From the NCBI GenBank assembly GCA_963768305.1, contig CAVYHE010000007.1, positions 96,001 through 160,000 of the forward strand: a stretch of 64,000 nucleotides of DNA, read 5' to 3'. Below, one piece after another: positions 38,101-48,800 of this stretch. The notes below the pieces were generated by a model. The model was given only the letters and a program-made list of their open reading frames with translations, was not told where the DNA came from and did no database searches. The stretch comes from an uncultured bacterium. GTDB lineage: Bacteria > Margulisbacteria > WOR-1 > CAVSGV01. The position numbers were made by a program, and so were the translations under genes. The stretch's first letter is position 1; every line of letters starts with the position of its first letter.

Positions 38101-38646
38101 CTATTTCCCGAAAAGCCTGTCCAGTATTATCGCCGCCGCGCTCCTAACCGAAAGATGATTGTATCCCGTTTCTCCGCATATCGGCGGGAGGACTATATCC
38201 GCCCCGTCGATCACTTCTTCGCAGAGTCCCCATCCTGTTCCGAATAGGATGAGATGCGGCCTCTTGGACCTCTTTATCTCTTCGCGCAGCTTTTCGTAAG
38301 GATAACTCCCTTTTTTCTTCGCGCTTGTCGCTATCACTATGGGAGTTCCGCCCTTACTTATTTCGTCAATGACTTCCTTTAATTCCTTTTTAACAGAAAC
38401 TAAGTTAAGCGCTTCCACCCTTGTGGGATTAAAATCCTGGCTCTCGTCCTTTTTCCAGTGGTTCAGTATCCTTTCTGCGAACTGGCGCTGGCCGCTGACA
38501 GGGTTCACGACATAATATTTCTTAATTCCGTACGTGCAGCAGGTCCTGGCAATGTCAGAAAGGTCAAAGCCGGTGATACACGTGGTAACAACGTCTTTGT
38601 TCTTATTATATACCGGAAAGTGAAGCAGCGCAACGTATACGCTCAC
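38101..38646 (-). CDS. SPOUT RNA methyltransferase (DUF2168-type, trmD-associated)
   Basis: VALLHFPVYNK, DIARTCCTYG, FGTGWGL, YNHLSVRSAAAIILDRL; GTG overlaps the trmD stop. Confidence 0.88.
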   Translation of the reverse strand: MSVYVALLHFPVYNKNKDVVTTCITGFDLSDIARTCCTYGIKKYYVVNPVSGQRQFAERILNHWKKDESQDFNPTRVEALNLVSVKKELKEVIDEISKGGTPIVIATSAKKKGSYPYEKLREEIKRSKRPHLILFGTGWGLCEEVIDGADIVLPPICGETGYNHLSVRSAAAIILDRLFGK

Positions 38647-39380
38647 TTTTGCCCCTCTGTGAACAGGTTTTCCAGTGTTTCCATGCCATTTTTTGTGATG
38701 TCCGCTGATACCAAAAGGTCCGGCCTGTTGAAAAAGGTATTGATGACCGCCTTTTCTTTTCTCCATTTGGCGATATGCTTATGATTGCCGCTTAATAAAA
38801 CTTCCGGAACGCTCTTTCCCTTATAGTTTGCCGGCTTTGTATACTGCGGATACTCTAATAATCCATGAGAAAATGATTCGTCTTCCGGTGATGATTCATT
38901 CCCCAATACTCCCGGTATAAGCCTTGAAACTGCATCGATTACCGCTATCGCGGCCGGCTCTCCTCCGGTAAGGACATAATCGCCGATCGATATTTCTTCG
39001 TCGATGATATCCTTGACCCTCTCATCCACGCCTTCATAATGCCCGCAGATAAGGACCAATCTATCGCACTTCGCTAATTGCTGGGCCATTTTCTGGTTGA
39101 ACATCTTTCCTGCGGGCGAAAGAAGGATGATTTTTTCTTTTTGAGCTTTGGATCTCATGTTAACTGCTTCCAAAGCTTCAAGTATCAGATCGGCTTTCAT
39201 GACCATCCCCGCTCCTCCGCCGTATGGAGTATCATCAGCAGTGTGATGCTTGTCTTTGGCAAAGTTCCTTATATCCGTTATGACAATATCAAGTATGCCT
39301 TTGCTTTTTGCTTTGCCGATAATGCTTTCCTCAAGCGAAGGGAACATCGAGGGGAAAAGAGTTAATATATCGATCCTCAT
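38643..39380 (-). CDS. trmD: tRNA (guanine-N1)-methyltransferase
   Basis: DDTPYGGGAGMVM, CGHYEGVDER, SIGDYVLTGGE, LLEYPQYT. Confidence 0.97.
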   Translation of the reverse strand: MRIDILTLFPSMFPSLEESIIGKAKSKGILDIVITDIRNFAKDKHHTADDTPYGGGAGMVMKADLILEALEAVNMRSKAQKEKIILLSPAGKMFNQKMAQQLAKCDRLVLICGHYEGVDERVKDIIDEEISIGDYVLTGGEPAAIAVIDAVSRLIPGVLGNESSPEDESFSHGLLEYPQYTKPANYKGKSVPEVLLSGNHKHIAKWRKEKAVINTFFNRPDLLVSADITKNGMETLENLFTEGQK

Positions 39381-39420
39381 TGAAATCTAAGGTGAAAGGT
39401 CTGCCGCTTTTTAGTAGCCG

Positions 39421-39846
39421 TTACTCGGCGTTCCTGATCTCCTGGATCACTCCGTCCTTTACCAGTATTTCCGCGGCGCCTATTTTTTTGTAAAGATTAT
39501 CGCCCATTTTTACGGTGACCGGACCTTCCAGTGGCCCCTGAACGAACTCGGTATTGAGAGTTAATTTCTTTGCTTCTTCGATCTTCGCCTGAAGGTCGGC
39601 CTTTGCCGCAGCCTGCCGGCCTTTTTCTTCTTCAAGCTGATGTTTGAACGCCGTCATCTGCGAGATCATGCCTTTTTTCTTAAGATCTTCCATGTATGTT
39701 TTCGCCTGAAAATCCATCTGCTGGCCCTGCGTGTCCAGGTTCTTGATCGCCCTGTCCAGTTCTTTCATAAGATTGTCCTTGAATGCCTGCGTCACGATCG
39801 CTTTTACCATTACGACCCTTTTCAATTCTATTTCTTTTTCTGCCAT
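39421..39846 (-). CDS. ylqD: YlqD family protein
   Basis: LKRVVMVKAIVT...coiled coil...EILVKDGVIQEIR; position in the rpsP operon. Confidence 0.85.
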   Translation of the reverse strand: MAEKEIELKRVVMVKAIVTQAFKDNLMKELDRAIKNLDTQGQQMDFQAKTYMEDLKKKGMISQMTAFKHQLEEEKGRQAAAKADLQAKIEEAKKLTLNTEFVQGPLEGPVTVKMGDNLYKKIGAAEILVKDGVIQEIRNAE

Positions 39847-39850
39847 AAGC

Positions 39851-40093
39851 TCATCTCCTTTGTTCTGTCATTATTTCAACTGACACTCTTTTGCCGCTTT
39901 TCGCCGCGGCTGCCTTGACTATAATCCTTATCGCGTTGGCTATTTTTCCTTCCTTGCCGATCACCTTTCCTGCATCGTCCGATGCCACTCTGATCTCTAA
40001 TATTGTAACAGCTTCGCCTTCGGTTTGGGATACTTTCACTTCTTCAGGCTTGTCAACCAGGGAACGGACCAGAAATTCAACCAGTTCCTTCAT
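39851..40093 (-). CDS. khpA: KH-domain RNA-binding protein KhpA/YlqC
   Basis: LVDKPEEV, GKVIGKEG. Confidence 0.92.
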   Translation of the reverse strand: MKELVEFLVRSLVDKPEEVKVSQTEGEAVTILEIRVASDDAGKVIGKEGKIANAIRIIVKAAAAKSGKRVSVEIMTEQRR

Positions 40094-40102
40094 AACTATT
40101 CC

Positions 40103-40453
40103 CTATTTCTTTTCTTCCGCTTTGGCTTCAACAGCTGCTGGAACAGCCTCTGGAGCAAGTTCGGCAGATTTCCTTGGAGATTTCTTCTTATAACCGGAAA
40201 AATCGATCGCTTTTAATACGCCGATCTTTCCGAGCATTTTACGCACAGTTTCAGTGGGGATCGCGCCTTTTGCTATCCATTCAAGCACCTTTTCTTTGTC
40301 AACAGTAAAAAGCGATGGCTCAACCAATGGATTGTAATGGCCTACTACTTCTATCACACGGCCGCATCTGGCTGTCCTCTCGTCAGCAATTACCACCCTG
40401 TATGACGGTTGGCCTTTGGACCCGGTTCTGGCTAATCTGATCTTTACGGACAA
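40103..40453 (-). CDS. rpsP: 30S ribosomal protein S16
   Basis: VKIRLARTG..QPSYRVVIAD, GHYNP, GAIPTETV. Confidence 0.97.
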   Translation of the reverse strand: MSVKIRLARTGSKGQPSYRVVIADERTARCGRVIEVVGHYNPLVEPSLFTVDKEKVLEWIAKGAIPTETVRKMLGKIGVLKAIDFSGYKKKSPRKSAELAPEAVPAAVEAKAEEKK

Positions 40454-40494
40454 ATTTTACCTCCTGTTAAACTACGGCAAACCGCGAAATCATA

Positions 40495-41631
40495 TCACAC
40501 CCTGAAGTGTTTGGCAATCTCTTCCATGCTGTCGCCGCCGTATTTCTCGAGCATCGCATCGGCAATTTCAATTGCTGTCGCAGCTTCCGCGATGACACCG
40601 GCAGCCGGAACATGGCAGACGTCGGCGCGTTCAACGTGGGATTTGACCGGCTCCTTTGTTACAAGATCCACGGAATCAAGCGGTTTTGCTATCGTGGCAA
40701 CCGGCTTTACGGCGGCTCTTATTACGATAGGCTCGCCGTTCGTCATTCCGCCTTCCAGCCCTCCGGCATTATTGGAATGCCTGGTGAATTTATCCTCTTC
40801 ATAATATATTTTGTCATGGACCTTTGACCCGGGAAGCGATGCAACTGTGAAACCAGCGCCTATTTCCACGCCTTTCACGGATTGAATTGACATTACGGCG
40901 GACGCAAGCTTTCCGGAAAGCCGCCTGTCAGGGTGCACATGGCTGCCAAGGCCTACCGGAGCGCCAAGAACTACAACTTCGAAAATGCCGCCTACGGAAT
41001 CTCCGTTCTTCATTGCGTCATCGACTTCTTTCTTCATTTTTTCTGCAGAAGCTTCATCAAAGCACCGTATATCGGACTTTTCCGCCAATCGGTGAATTTC
41101 ATCATATTTCTTTTTATTGTCAGCCGGAAGTTTTATTGAGCCGATCTGAACTACATGGCTGAATATCGATATTTTGAATTCCGCAAGGAATTTTTTTACT
41201 ATCGCACCTATAGCAACAAGCGAAACAGTGCTCCTGGCGCTGGCGCGCTCCAGGATATTTCTTATGTCCTGCTGATCGTATTTAATGCAGCCAGCAAGGT
41301 CCGCATGGCCCGGACGCAGCTTTGTCATCGGCTCCTGGAATATGGTCTTGTCGTCTTCGACGGGCATTATTTTTTTCCAGTTCTCATAATCGAGGTTCTT
41401 TATCATCAGCGCGATCGGGCTGCCAAGAGTTTTTCCTAAGCGGATGCCTGAAAGTATTTCGGCCTTGTCGGTCTCAATGGCCATGCGCTGTCCCCTGCCG
41501 TATCCGGCCTGCCTTCTTTTCAGTTCATCATTGATGTATTCGGAAGAAATGCGCAAATTGGCAGGCATGCCTTCAAGGATGGCAATGATGGCCTTTCCGT
41601 GCGATTCCCCTGCAGTTAAATATCTGAGCAT
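40495..41631 (-). CDS. aroC: Chorismate synthase
   Basis: TAGESHG, RPGHADL, ERASAR, NNAGGLEGGMTNG. Confidence 0.97.
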   Translation of the reverse strand: MLRYLTAGESHGKAIIAILEGMPANLRISSEYINDELKRRQAGYGRGQRMAIETDKAEILSGIRLGKTLGSPIALMIKNLDYENWKKIMPVEDDKTIFQEPMTKLRPGHADLAGCIKYDQQDIRNILERASARSTVSLVAIGAIVKKFLAEFKISIFSHVVQIGSIKLPADNKKKYDEIHRLAEKSDIRCFDEASAEKMKKEVDDAMKNGDSVGGIFEVVVLGAPVGLGSHVHPDRRLSGKLASAVMSIQSVKGVEIGAGFTVASLPGSKVHDKIYYEEDKFTRHSNNAGGLEGGMTNGEPIVIRAAVKPVATIAKPLDSVDLVTKEPVKSHVERADVCHVPAAGVIAEAATAIEIADAMLEKYGGDSMEEIAKHFRV

Positions 41632-41704
41632 GGCAGGATTATATCATAAGCGGTTTGACTGTAAAAGAATATTGTGTTAGCATGCCGAAAACGGAGGAGG
41701 TATC

Positions 41705-44692
41705 TTGTACCTAAAAAACCTCTCGCTCAGGGGGTTTAAAACTTTTGCCGATAAGACGGTTATCGAGTTTAATCCTCCTGGCAGCATAACGGCGATCGTT
41801 GGACCCAATGGCTGCGGCAAGAGCAATCTGGTGGATGCCGTAAGATGGGTCCTTGGAGAGCAGAACCCGAAAGAACTCAGAAGTTCTGCCTTGGAGGAGG
41901 TCATTTTCGCCGGATCCACCGCCAGGAAATCGCTTTCCCTCGCTGAAGTTTCCATCGACCTTGATAACACCGACAATAAGATAAAGACCGAATTCGCCGA
42001 ACTTTCGATCAAGAGAAGGACCTTCCGTTCGGGCGAAAGCGAATTTTTCATCAATAAGGCCAACTGCCGCCTAAAAGACATAAAGGACATATTCCTTGAT
42101 ACCGGACTCGGCGCGGGATCATATTCCATAATCACGCAGGGCCGCGTTGACGCGGTGCTTTCGTCAAAACCGGAAGATCGAAGGGAAATATTTGAAGAAG
42201 CCGCGAAAATAAATAAATATAAATTCAGGAAGACTGCCGCGGAAAGAAAATTGATATCCACGGAACAGAACATGCTCAGGATAGCGGACTTGAAAAGCGA
42301 AATATCCAACCAGCTTTCAGTACTTGAAGATCAGGCGAAAAAAGCGGCGCAGTTCAAGGAACTTAAGGACAGGCTGAAAATGCTGGATGTCGGGCTTTCA
42401 AAACGGCAGATCTCCGCGCTAAATGACAGAAAAAAGAATATTGATGAAAAAATAAACGCGCTCAGGTCGCAGCTTGAACTCGGCCTGGACATGACGCGCC
42501 AGCATGAAGCCGAAAGGGCCGCGAAAAAAGAATCGCTCAGGGCGCTTAACGGTGAGATAGAAGGCTTAAGCTTATCGATAAGCCAGTCGAAGCTCTCATA
42601 CGAGGAGAATAAAAGTTCTATCCTTCTGGAGAACGAAAAGAAAAGGAACCTGGAAGAAAGGATAGAGGAGGCAAAGACCCGCCTCATTGAACAATCATCA
42701 AAACTCGCGTCGCTCAAGAACATGGAAAAAGACGCGGCGAAAGCTTTGAACGATTCGGAAAAAAGCCTTGAACTTTCCTCAAAAGAACTCGCGCAGGCTG
42801 AAGAGGCCGTTAACCGCGCGAAGAATGATCATGAAAACCTGGAAAAAGAACTGTTCGATCTCAAAGTTGCCATTCTGGACAAAGAAGGCGAGCTTTCGCT
42901 TGAACGGAACAAATTGATCGAACTGGACGGCAACCTCCGACTTGCAAAAGAGGAAGCCCGCCGGGATGAGGGATCGATAACCAAGCTAGCATCGGAGGAA
43001 AAAGGACTCTCTGAAAAACTGGAGCATTTAAGATCGCTTTCGACTTCTCTGGAAGGCCGTCTGCAAAACGATGTCGGCCACGCAGATGTGCTTACCTCTA
43101 TAGAGACAGTGAAAATAGCTTTTGGCGGGATCCACGGCGCGGTTGCGGGTTTGATCAAGGATAACGCCGAAATTGAAGCTGAACTCGCATACGGCCCGGA
43201 TATCAACGTTAATAAAGTGATGCTGAACGGCGATCTTATTTTTTCGAACGGATCTCTTACAGGCGGAAGCATTAAAGAAAAGATCAAGGCGGTCATGGAA
43301 AAAGAAAGAAAGATCGAGACCTTGATCGAACAGGCGAAAGTGAACCACGAATCTGAAGCAAAGGTGCTGGAACTAAAGAACACCGCAGAAGAGCTTGAAC
43401 TGGCCAAAAGAAGCCTGGTGGCAAGGGAGAAAGAACTGGAAGATATCCATGCAAGAAAAGAAGAGCTTTCTACGAACATATCTTCTTTGGAAAAAGAGAA
43501 CGGGGCCTTGAATGACAGCTTGGCCGCCCTTAATGTTAAACTTAGCGCTGTTGCAAAAGAAAAGGAAACGCTGTATTCCGGCTTCGCGGAGATAAAGGCT
43601 TCACATGCCGGAATTTCATCTGGGCATGAAAATCTTCAAAAAGAATTCATAAATGTCCGCTCCGATATCCAGTCAATAAATGATTTCGTCGCGTCATACA
43701 ACAAAGAAGAGATGGAAGATAAGCTTTCCCAAACCATAGCGCGCATTAAAGAACTTGAAGTTTCGCTCCCGAAGATCGCGGAGAACGAGAAAATTTTCGA
43801 GAAAAACCTGGCATCAAGCATTCAGGCAAGATCAAAGCTTGAAACCGAGATAGAAGAAGTGGAAAAAATGCTTTCCGGCGGCACAAGCGATGACAGGTCA
43901 ATAAGAGATTCGCTTTCCAAGGAAGAAGTGTCGCTGGCAAAGCTTGAAGGCGAATTGATGGCGATAAGCGAAAAAATGCTGAATGAATACGGAATGACGA
44001 TTGAAAATATAATCGCAAGCGAGCTGACGATACCAGCCGCCACAAAAGCAAAAGAAGAGGCGGAAATGTTAAGGAAAGGCATTGCAGAGCTTGGTTTGGT
44101 AAATCTTCTGGCTTCCGAGGAATTCGAAAAAGCAAAAGAGAGGTTTGGGTTCATAGAGAGCCAGTTCAATGACCTGACGGTCGCAAGGGAGAACCTTTCC
44201 AATCTGATAAAAGAGCTGGACGCGAAAGCCAGGGAGGATTTCATTGAAACAATGAAAATCATAAATGCTAATTTCTCGGAAATATTCGCCACATTGTTCG
44301 AAGGCGGGGAAGCAAAATTGATTATTCCTGAAGGTGAAGATCTTCTTGAAGGCGGAATAGAAATAATCGCAAGACCCGGCGGAAAGAAATGGCTTAACCT
44401 TTCCGCAATGTCAGGCGGCGAGCGGTCGCTTACGGCGATCGCGCTCCTGTTCGCGCTGCTTAAGACACATCCGAGCCCGTTCTGCCTTTTTGATGAAGCG
44501 GATTCTGCGCTTGATGAAGCGAACATACTCAGGTTCACGAAACTTTTGAAGGAATTCTCAAAGCAAACCCAGGTAGTGCTTATCACCCACAATAAGCAGA
44601 CCATGGAGATTGCGGATACAATGTACGGGATAACCATGGAAGAACCCGGGGTATCAAAAGTCATCTCCGTAAAGCTGGCAAAGGCCGCTTGA
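41705..44692 (+). CDS. smc: Chromosome segregation protein SMC with reduced hinge
   Basis: GFKTFAD, GPNGCGKSN, ITQG, long coiled coils, MSGGERSL, DEADSALD, ITHNK. Confidence 0.93.
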   Translation: MYLKNLSLRGFKTFADKTVIEFNPPGSITAIVGPNGCGKSNLVDAVRWVLGEQNPKELRSSALEEVIFAGSTARKSLSLAEVSIDLDNTDNKIKTEFAELSIKRRTFRSGESEFFINKANCRLKDIKDIFLDTGLGAGSYSIITQGRVDAVLSSKPEDRREIFEEAAKINKYKFRKTAAERKLISTEQNMLRIADLKSEISNQLSVLEDQAKKAAQFKELKDRLKMLDVGLSKRQISALNDRKKNIDEKINALRSQLELGLDMTRQHEAERAAKKESLRALNGEIEGLSLSISQSKLSYEENKSSILLENEKKRNLEERIEEAKTRLIEQSSKLASLKNMEKDAAKALNDSEKSLELSSKELAQAEEAVNRAKNDHENLEKELFDLKVAILDKEGELSLERNKLIELDGNLRLAKEEARRDEGSITKLASEEKGLSEKLEHLRSLSTSLEGRLQNDVGHADVLTSIETVKIAFGGIHGAVAGLIKDNAEIEAELAYGPDINVNKVMLNGDLIFSNGSLTGGSIKEKIKAVMEKERKIETLIEQAKVNHESEAKVLELKNTAEELELAKRSLVAREKELEDIHARKEELSTNISSLEKENGALNDSLAALNVKLSAVAKEKETLYSGFAEIKASHAGISSGHENLQKEFINVRSDIQSINDFVASYNKEEMEDKLSQTIARIKELEVSLPKIAENEKIFEKNLASSIQARSKLETEIEEVEKMLSGGTSDDRSIRDSLSKEEVSLAKLEGELMAISEKMLNEYGMTIENIIASELTIPAATKAKEEAEMLRKGIAELGLVNLLASEEFEKAKERFGFIESQFNDLTVARENLSNLIKELDAKAREDFIETMKIINANFSEIFATLFEGGEAKLIIPEGEDLLEGGIEIIARPGGKKWLNLSAMSGGERSLTAIALLFALLKTHPSPFCLFDEADSALDEANILRFTKLLKEFSKQTQVVLITHNKQTMEIADTMYGITMEEPGVSKVISVKLAKAA

Positions 44693-47397
44693 TGCTTAGG
44701 CTCATCTTAATATTGATCCTTATCTCTTCTCCCATCTCTTCCTTTTCTCAAATAAAGAAAAATGAACCGATATCCGAAAAAACCTTATGGCAAAAGAACG
44801 GAATAGTCATAAATAACTCACTTGGAAGAACTGCTAGGCAGAATGCAAGGATAGTCAGCCTGGATGACGGCTCTTCGGTTTTGGCCTGGGAAGACGAAAG
44901 AAATGGAAAATATAATATTTACGCGCAGAGGCTGGATGCAAAAGGCGCCAAGCTCTGGGGAGAAGGCGGGATTGGAGTATGCACTGCGGGTGGCAATCAA
45001 ATTTCGCCGCAGATGATCTCTGTTGGGACATCTGTCATTGTCACATGGCAGGATCACAGAGGAGATTACAGCAATATTTACACGCAAAAGATCGATTCGC
45101 ATGGGAATATTGTCTGGGATAAGAACGGTGTCGCAGTATGTAAAGTGCCGGCAAACCAGATGGCCCCCGAACTTGCCAGCGATGGCAAAGGCGGCGCGAT
45201 CATCACATGGTACGATTACAGGTCTAAATTAGGCGAAGATATTTACGCGCAAAATATAAATGCCGCCGGCTCACCGGAATGGCAGACAGACGGCGTGCCG
45301 GTCTGCACTGAGAACGGGACCCAGTGGTTCCCGAAGATACTCTCTGACGGCGCAGGCGGCGCGGTGATTTGCTGGAACGACAAGAGAGGTACTGATTACG
45401 ATATATATATTCAAAGGCTTGATCCGAAAGGCAGCTCCCTGTGGCAGGTGAACGGAATCCCTGTCTGTAAATATAATGAGAACCAGGAATTATGCCAAAT
45501 AGCTTCGTGCGATGCAGATTCTTTTGTGATCGTATGGCAGGATTACAGGAACATGGACGCGAACATATACGCGCAAAAAATGAACATGGACGGAAGATAT
45601 CTCTGGAAAATGGATGGGGTAAAAGTCTGCGACACGCGCGGAAATCAGGAGAGGCCTCAGATCGCCGCGGGAAAAGATCCTGTGATATTCTGGACCGACT
45701 TCAGGAAAGGTTCCGGCAATTCCGACATTTTCTGCCAGAAAATGTCAGCGACCGGGACTCCCGAGTGGGATCCTCACGGTGTTCCAATATGTGAAGCTCC
45801 CGGAAATCAGGACAACATAAGAACAGTCCCTGATGGGACCGGCGGCGCAGTAATAGTTTGGGAAGATAACAGGAGCAGCGGGGCCGGGATCTTTGCAAGA
45901 AGAGTAAAAAATGACGGAAGTACCGCATGGGCAGCCGATGGCACGGTTGTGTGCACGGAAAAAAATGACGCGGAATTTCCGCAGATATCGACCTCAAACG
46001 GAAATATTGTGATCGCCTGGCAGGACAAAAGAAATGGCGGGACCGATGTATTAGCGCAAAGCTTGGATATGAACGGCAAAACAAATTGGAGAAATAACGG
46101 TCTTGAAATTGTGACAGGGTTAGGCTTTGTTTCTCATCAAAAACCTCGGATCAAAAGGATCGGCGAAGTAGAATATATTATAGTTTGGGAAGACGGCCGA
46201 AACGGCTATTCGAACATTTACGCTCAAAAGATCGATAATAACGGGAAGTCGCTTTGGAATGCGGAAGGTATAAGAATATGCGGCGCCGAAGGGGACCAGT
46301 ACGATCCCGAGCTTATCGCCGATGGCAGCGGCGGAGCTATAATCGTCTGGGAAGACAGCAGGTCCGCTAACTCATCAATATACGCTCAAAGGCTGGATAA
46401 ATCCGGCAAAAAACTTTGGAATGAAGACGGAATTCGCGTATGCCAGTATGAAGGAGCCGCTATGAGCCCGAAATTGGCATCGGATACAAAGAACGGAGTA
46501 ATAATAGTCTGGCAGGGAATGAAAGAGAATGAAAACCATTACTCCGTCTATGCTCAAAGGATCGACGAGAACGGGATCGTGCTGTGGCGGCCGGACGGAG
46601 TATCCGTTAAGAACGCGCTTGGCTCCCAAATGGACCCTCAAGTCGCATCCGACGGCAAAGAAGGAGCATTTATAACATGGACGGAATACGGGCAAAATTC
46701 CGTTACTCCTGATATTATCGCCCAGAATATCGATTTGAACGGGAACATATTGTGGGCAAATGACGGAGTTGCGGTATCTAAATCGCCGGGCTCGCAAAAA
46801 AAGCCGGTCATAGGATCAAATGATGAAATAATCATCGCATGGGAAGACAATGGCAAGGGTAATTATGATATTTATGCGCAAAAACTGGGCAAAGATGGAA
46901 TGGTATCATGGCAAACGGACGGGATGCCGGTTTGCTGTGCACCTATGAGCCAGGTGGACCCGAAGCTTGTCCTGAACGATGACGGAGGCGCGACTTTTGT
47001 TTGGGAAGATTACAGGAACAATAACTGGAACATTTATTCCCAACGACTTAACTTATCAGGAGCCCAAATGTGGGCCGAGAATGGCGTTGAAGTGTGTACG
47101 GTACCAGGCACACATTATGCTCCTCGGCTTGTCAAAAGCGGCGGATCATCCGCAATAATCGTTTGGGAAGATTACAGATCAAATAAAGAATATGATATCT
47201 TCACTCAAAAAATATCAGAATCAGGTGAAGCACTTTGGGAAAAAGACGGGATCCCTATTTGCATAACTGACGGGGGCTCCAGGAATCCCCAGCTTGCCGA
47301 CGACGGAAAAGGCGGAGCAGTGGTAGTGTGGACCGATTTCAGGAACGGATCGCCGGATATTTACGCACAAAGGATAAATGATACTGAAAATAAATAA
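44689..47397 (+). CDS. Secreted repeat protein, predicted double beta-propeller
   Basis: Signal peptide and 16 repeats of W(E/Q)DxR...IYAQ(R/K)xDxxGxxxWxxDGVxVC. Confidence 0.8.
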   Translation: MMLRLILILILISSPISSFSQIKKNEPISEKTLWQKNGIVINNSLGRTARQNARIVSLDDGSSVLAWEDERNGKYNIYAQRLDAKGAKLWGEGGIGVCTAGGNQISPQMISVGTSVIVTWQDHRGDYSNIYTQKIDSHGNIVWDKNGVAVCKVPANQMAPELASDGKGGAIITWYDYRSKLGEDIYAQNINAAGSPEWQTDGVPVCTENGTQWFPKILSDGAGGAVICWNDKRGTDYDIYIQRLDPKGSSLWQVNGIPVCKYNENQELCQIASCDADSFVIVWQDYRNMDANIYAQKMNMDGRYLWKMDGVKVCDTRGNQERPQIAAGKDPVIFWTDFRKGSGNSDIFCQKMSATGTPEWDPHGVPICEAPGNQDNIRTVPDGTGGAVIVWEDNRSSGAGIFARRVKNDGSTAWAADGTVVCTEKNDAEFPQISTSNGNIVIAWQDKRNGGTDVLAQSLDMNGKTNWRNNGLEIVTGLGFVSHQKPRIKRIGEVEYIIVWEDGRNGYSNIYAQKIDNNGKSLWNAEGIRICGAEGDQYDPELIADGSGGAIIVWEDSRSANSSIYAQRLDKSGKKLWNEDGIRVCQYEGAAMSPKLASDTKNGVIIVWQGMKENENHYSVYAQRIDENGIVLWRPDGVSVKNALGSQMDPQVASDGKEGAFITWTEYGQNSVTPDIIAQNIDLNGNILWANDGVAVSKSPGSQKKPVIGSNDEIIIAWEDNGKGNYDIYAQKLGKDGMVSWQTDGMPVCCAPMSQVDPKLVLNDDGGATFVWEDYRNNNWNIYSQRLNLSGAQMWAENGVEVCTVPGTHYAPRLVKSGGSSAIIVWEDYRSNKEYDIFTQKISESGEALWEKDGIPICITDGGSRNPQLADDGKGGAVVVWTDFRNGSPDIYAQRINDTENK

Positions 47398-48703
47398 TCT
47401 GACCGCCTCATTACTTATGGTTTTAGCTTTTATGTTTTTTCTTCCTTTTCCATGTTCGTGCGGACCGGATCAAAAGATTTCAACCGACAGTGAACAAATA
47501 ATGCCCGGAATAAAATTCTCCTGCCTGATCAGGCCGTCATCAACAGGCTCTTTGCGCGTGAACATATTAAAGATAGATCTTAAGAATGAAAAAATAAACA
47601 TGAGACCATGCCTGGCAAAGGGCGTCATCGGGAACCTGGAAAGAACGAGCAGCATCGCTGAAAGGAATAATGCCGTCGCTGCTGTAAATGGGTCATTTTT
47701 TGAGACGAGAAATAAGCTTCACCTGCCGGTGGGTTTTATGATAATAAACGGACAGATAGTCAACAGATCTATCCTGCAAAGAACGACCATCGGTATAACA
47801 AAAGACAAGCAGATAATATTCGGGATCCCGAAAATAAAAGGATATGTCATAAATCTGAGCAACAGGAAGAGCGTGAAGATATGGGGTATAAACAGGCCCA
47901 GAAAAAATAATGAGGCCGTGATATATACCAGGGAATACGGGGAAAACACCGGCACGGACCAGTCCGGGATTGAAATAGCCGTAAAATCCGACGGCACGAT
48001 AAGGAAGATAAGCTTCGGTAATTCACGTATTCCGAGGGACGGGTTCGTCCTTTCCCTCCAGGGATGGCCGGCGGATTTCGCGCTTAAAACAAAGAACTCC
48101 GATAAGATAGGACTGGTCTATGATCTCTCGGAAAAATGGAAAGATGTTGAGCAGGCAATAACCGCAGGACCGCTTCTGGTTAAGGACGGGGAAATTCAAA
48201 AAGAAAGCATCGCGTCCGAGAATTTCAACAATAAAATGCTTGCGCCTACCTCCAGGACGGCGATCGGGGTTTCAAAGGATAATGAATTGATACTCGTGGT
48301 TGTTGACGGGAAACAATCATCAAAAGAGATCTCTGGAGCCACGTTCGACGAAATGGCCGGGATAATGAAAGATGCCGGGGCGGTCGGCGCTATCGGTCTT
48401 GATGGCGGACACACCAGCACTATGTATTTGAATGGAAAGATCGTCAATGCCCCTTTAATGAAAGACGAAGGCCGCGTAAGCAACGCGATAGTTATTACGT
48501 ATGACGGATGGGAAACCCCGATTGCTTTACAACCAGGACCCTCCGGGTATGTTTATGCTCCACCGGATGAAGAAATGATAGAAGCGCTGAAGAACGATGC
48601 GAATATGGCGCCTTCATCTTATGTGCCCCGGCCGGAGGATTTCGGGATGTTCGGTATGGATGATACCTATAACAGAATGATAAGGCCTTTTATTCCGAGA
48701 TAG
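47378..48703 (+). CDS. Phosphodiester glycosidase (NAGPA) family protein
   Basis: AAVNGSFF, AGPLLV, SRTAIGV, VVVDG, AIGLDGGHTS. Confidence 0.85.
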   Translation: MILKINNLTASLLMVLAFMFFLPFPCSCGPDQKISTDSEQIMPGIKFSCLIRPSSTGSLRVNILKIDLKNEKINMRPCLAKGVIGNLERTSSIAERNNAVAAVNGSFFETRNKLHLPVGFMIINGQIVNRSILQRTTIGITKDKQIIFGIPKIKGYVINLSNRKSVKIWGINRPRKNNEAVIYTREYGENTGTDQSGIEIAVKSDGTIRKISFGNSRIPRDGFVLSLQGWPADFALKTKNSDKIGLVYDLSEKWKDVEQAITAGPLLVKDGEIQKESIASENFNNKMLAPTSRTAIGVSKDNELILVVVDGKQSSKEISGATFDEMAGIMKDAGAVGAIGLDGGHTSTMYLNGKIVNAPLMKDEGRVSNAIVITYDGWETPIALQPGPSGYVYAPPDEEMIEALKNDANMAPSSYVPRPEDFGMFGMDDTYNRMIRPFIPR

Positions 48704-48800
48704 TTTTCAGATAGAGCTTTGGCAATAGCGATTACAGTTGAAGGTTTCCTTAATTTATGCTATAAGTTTATTGCTCAAAAGTTCGTAAGGAGGCGTAAAA

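Noticed and set aside
41677..44664. Long antisense ORFs over smc (and similar ones over pcrA, the fabK-like gene and the glycosyltransferases)
   Set aside because: Shadow frames of well-supported genes, Ser/Phe-rich with no motifs
44689..47397. CRISPR-like or DNA-level repeat array
   Set aside because: The periodicity is protein-level and degenerate in DNA; no identical direct repeats with spacers were seen anywhere in the window
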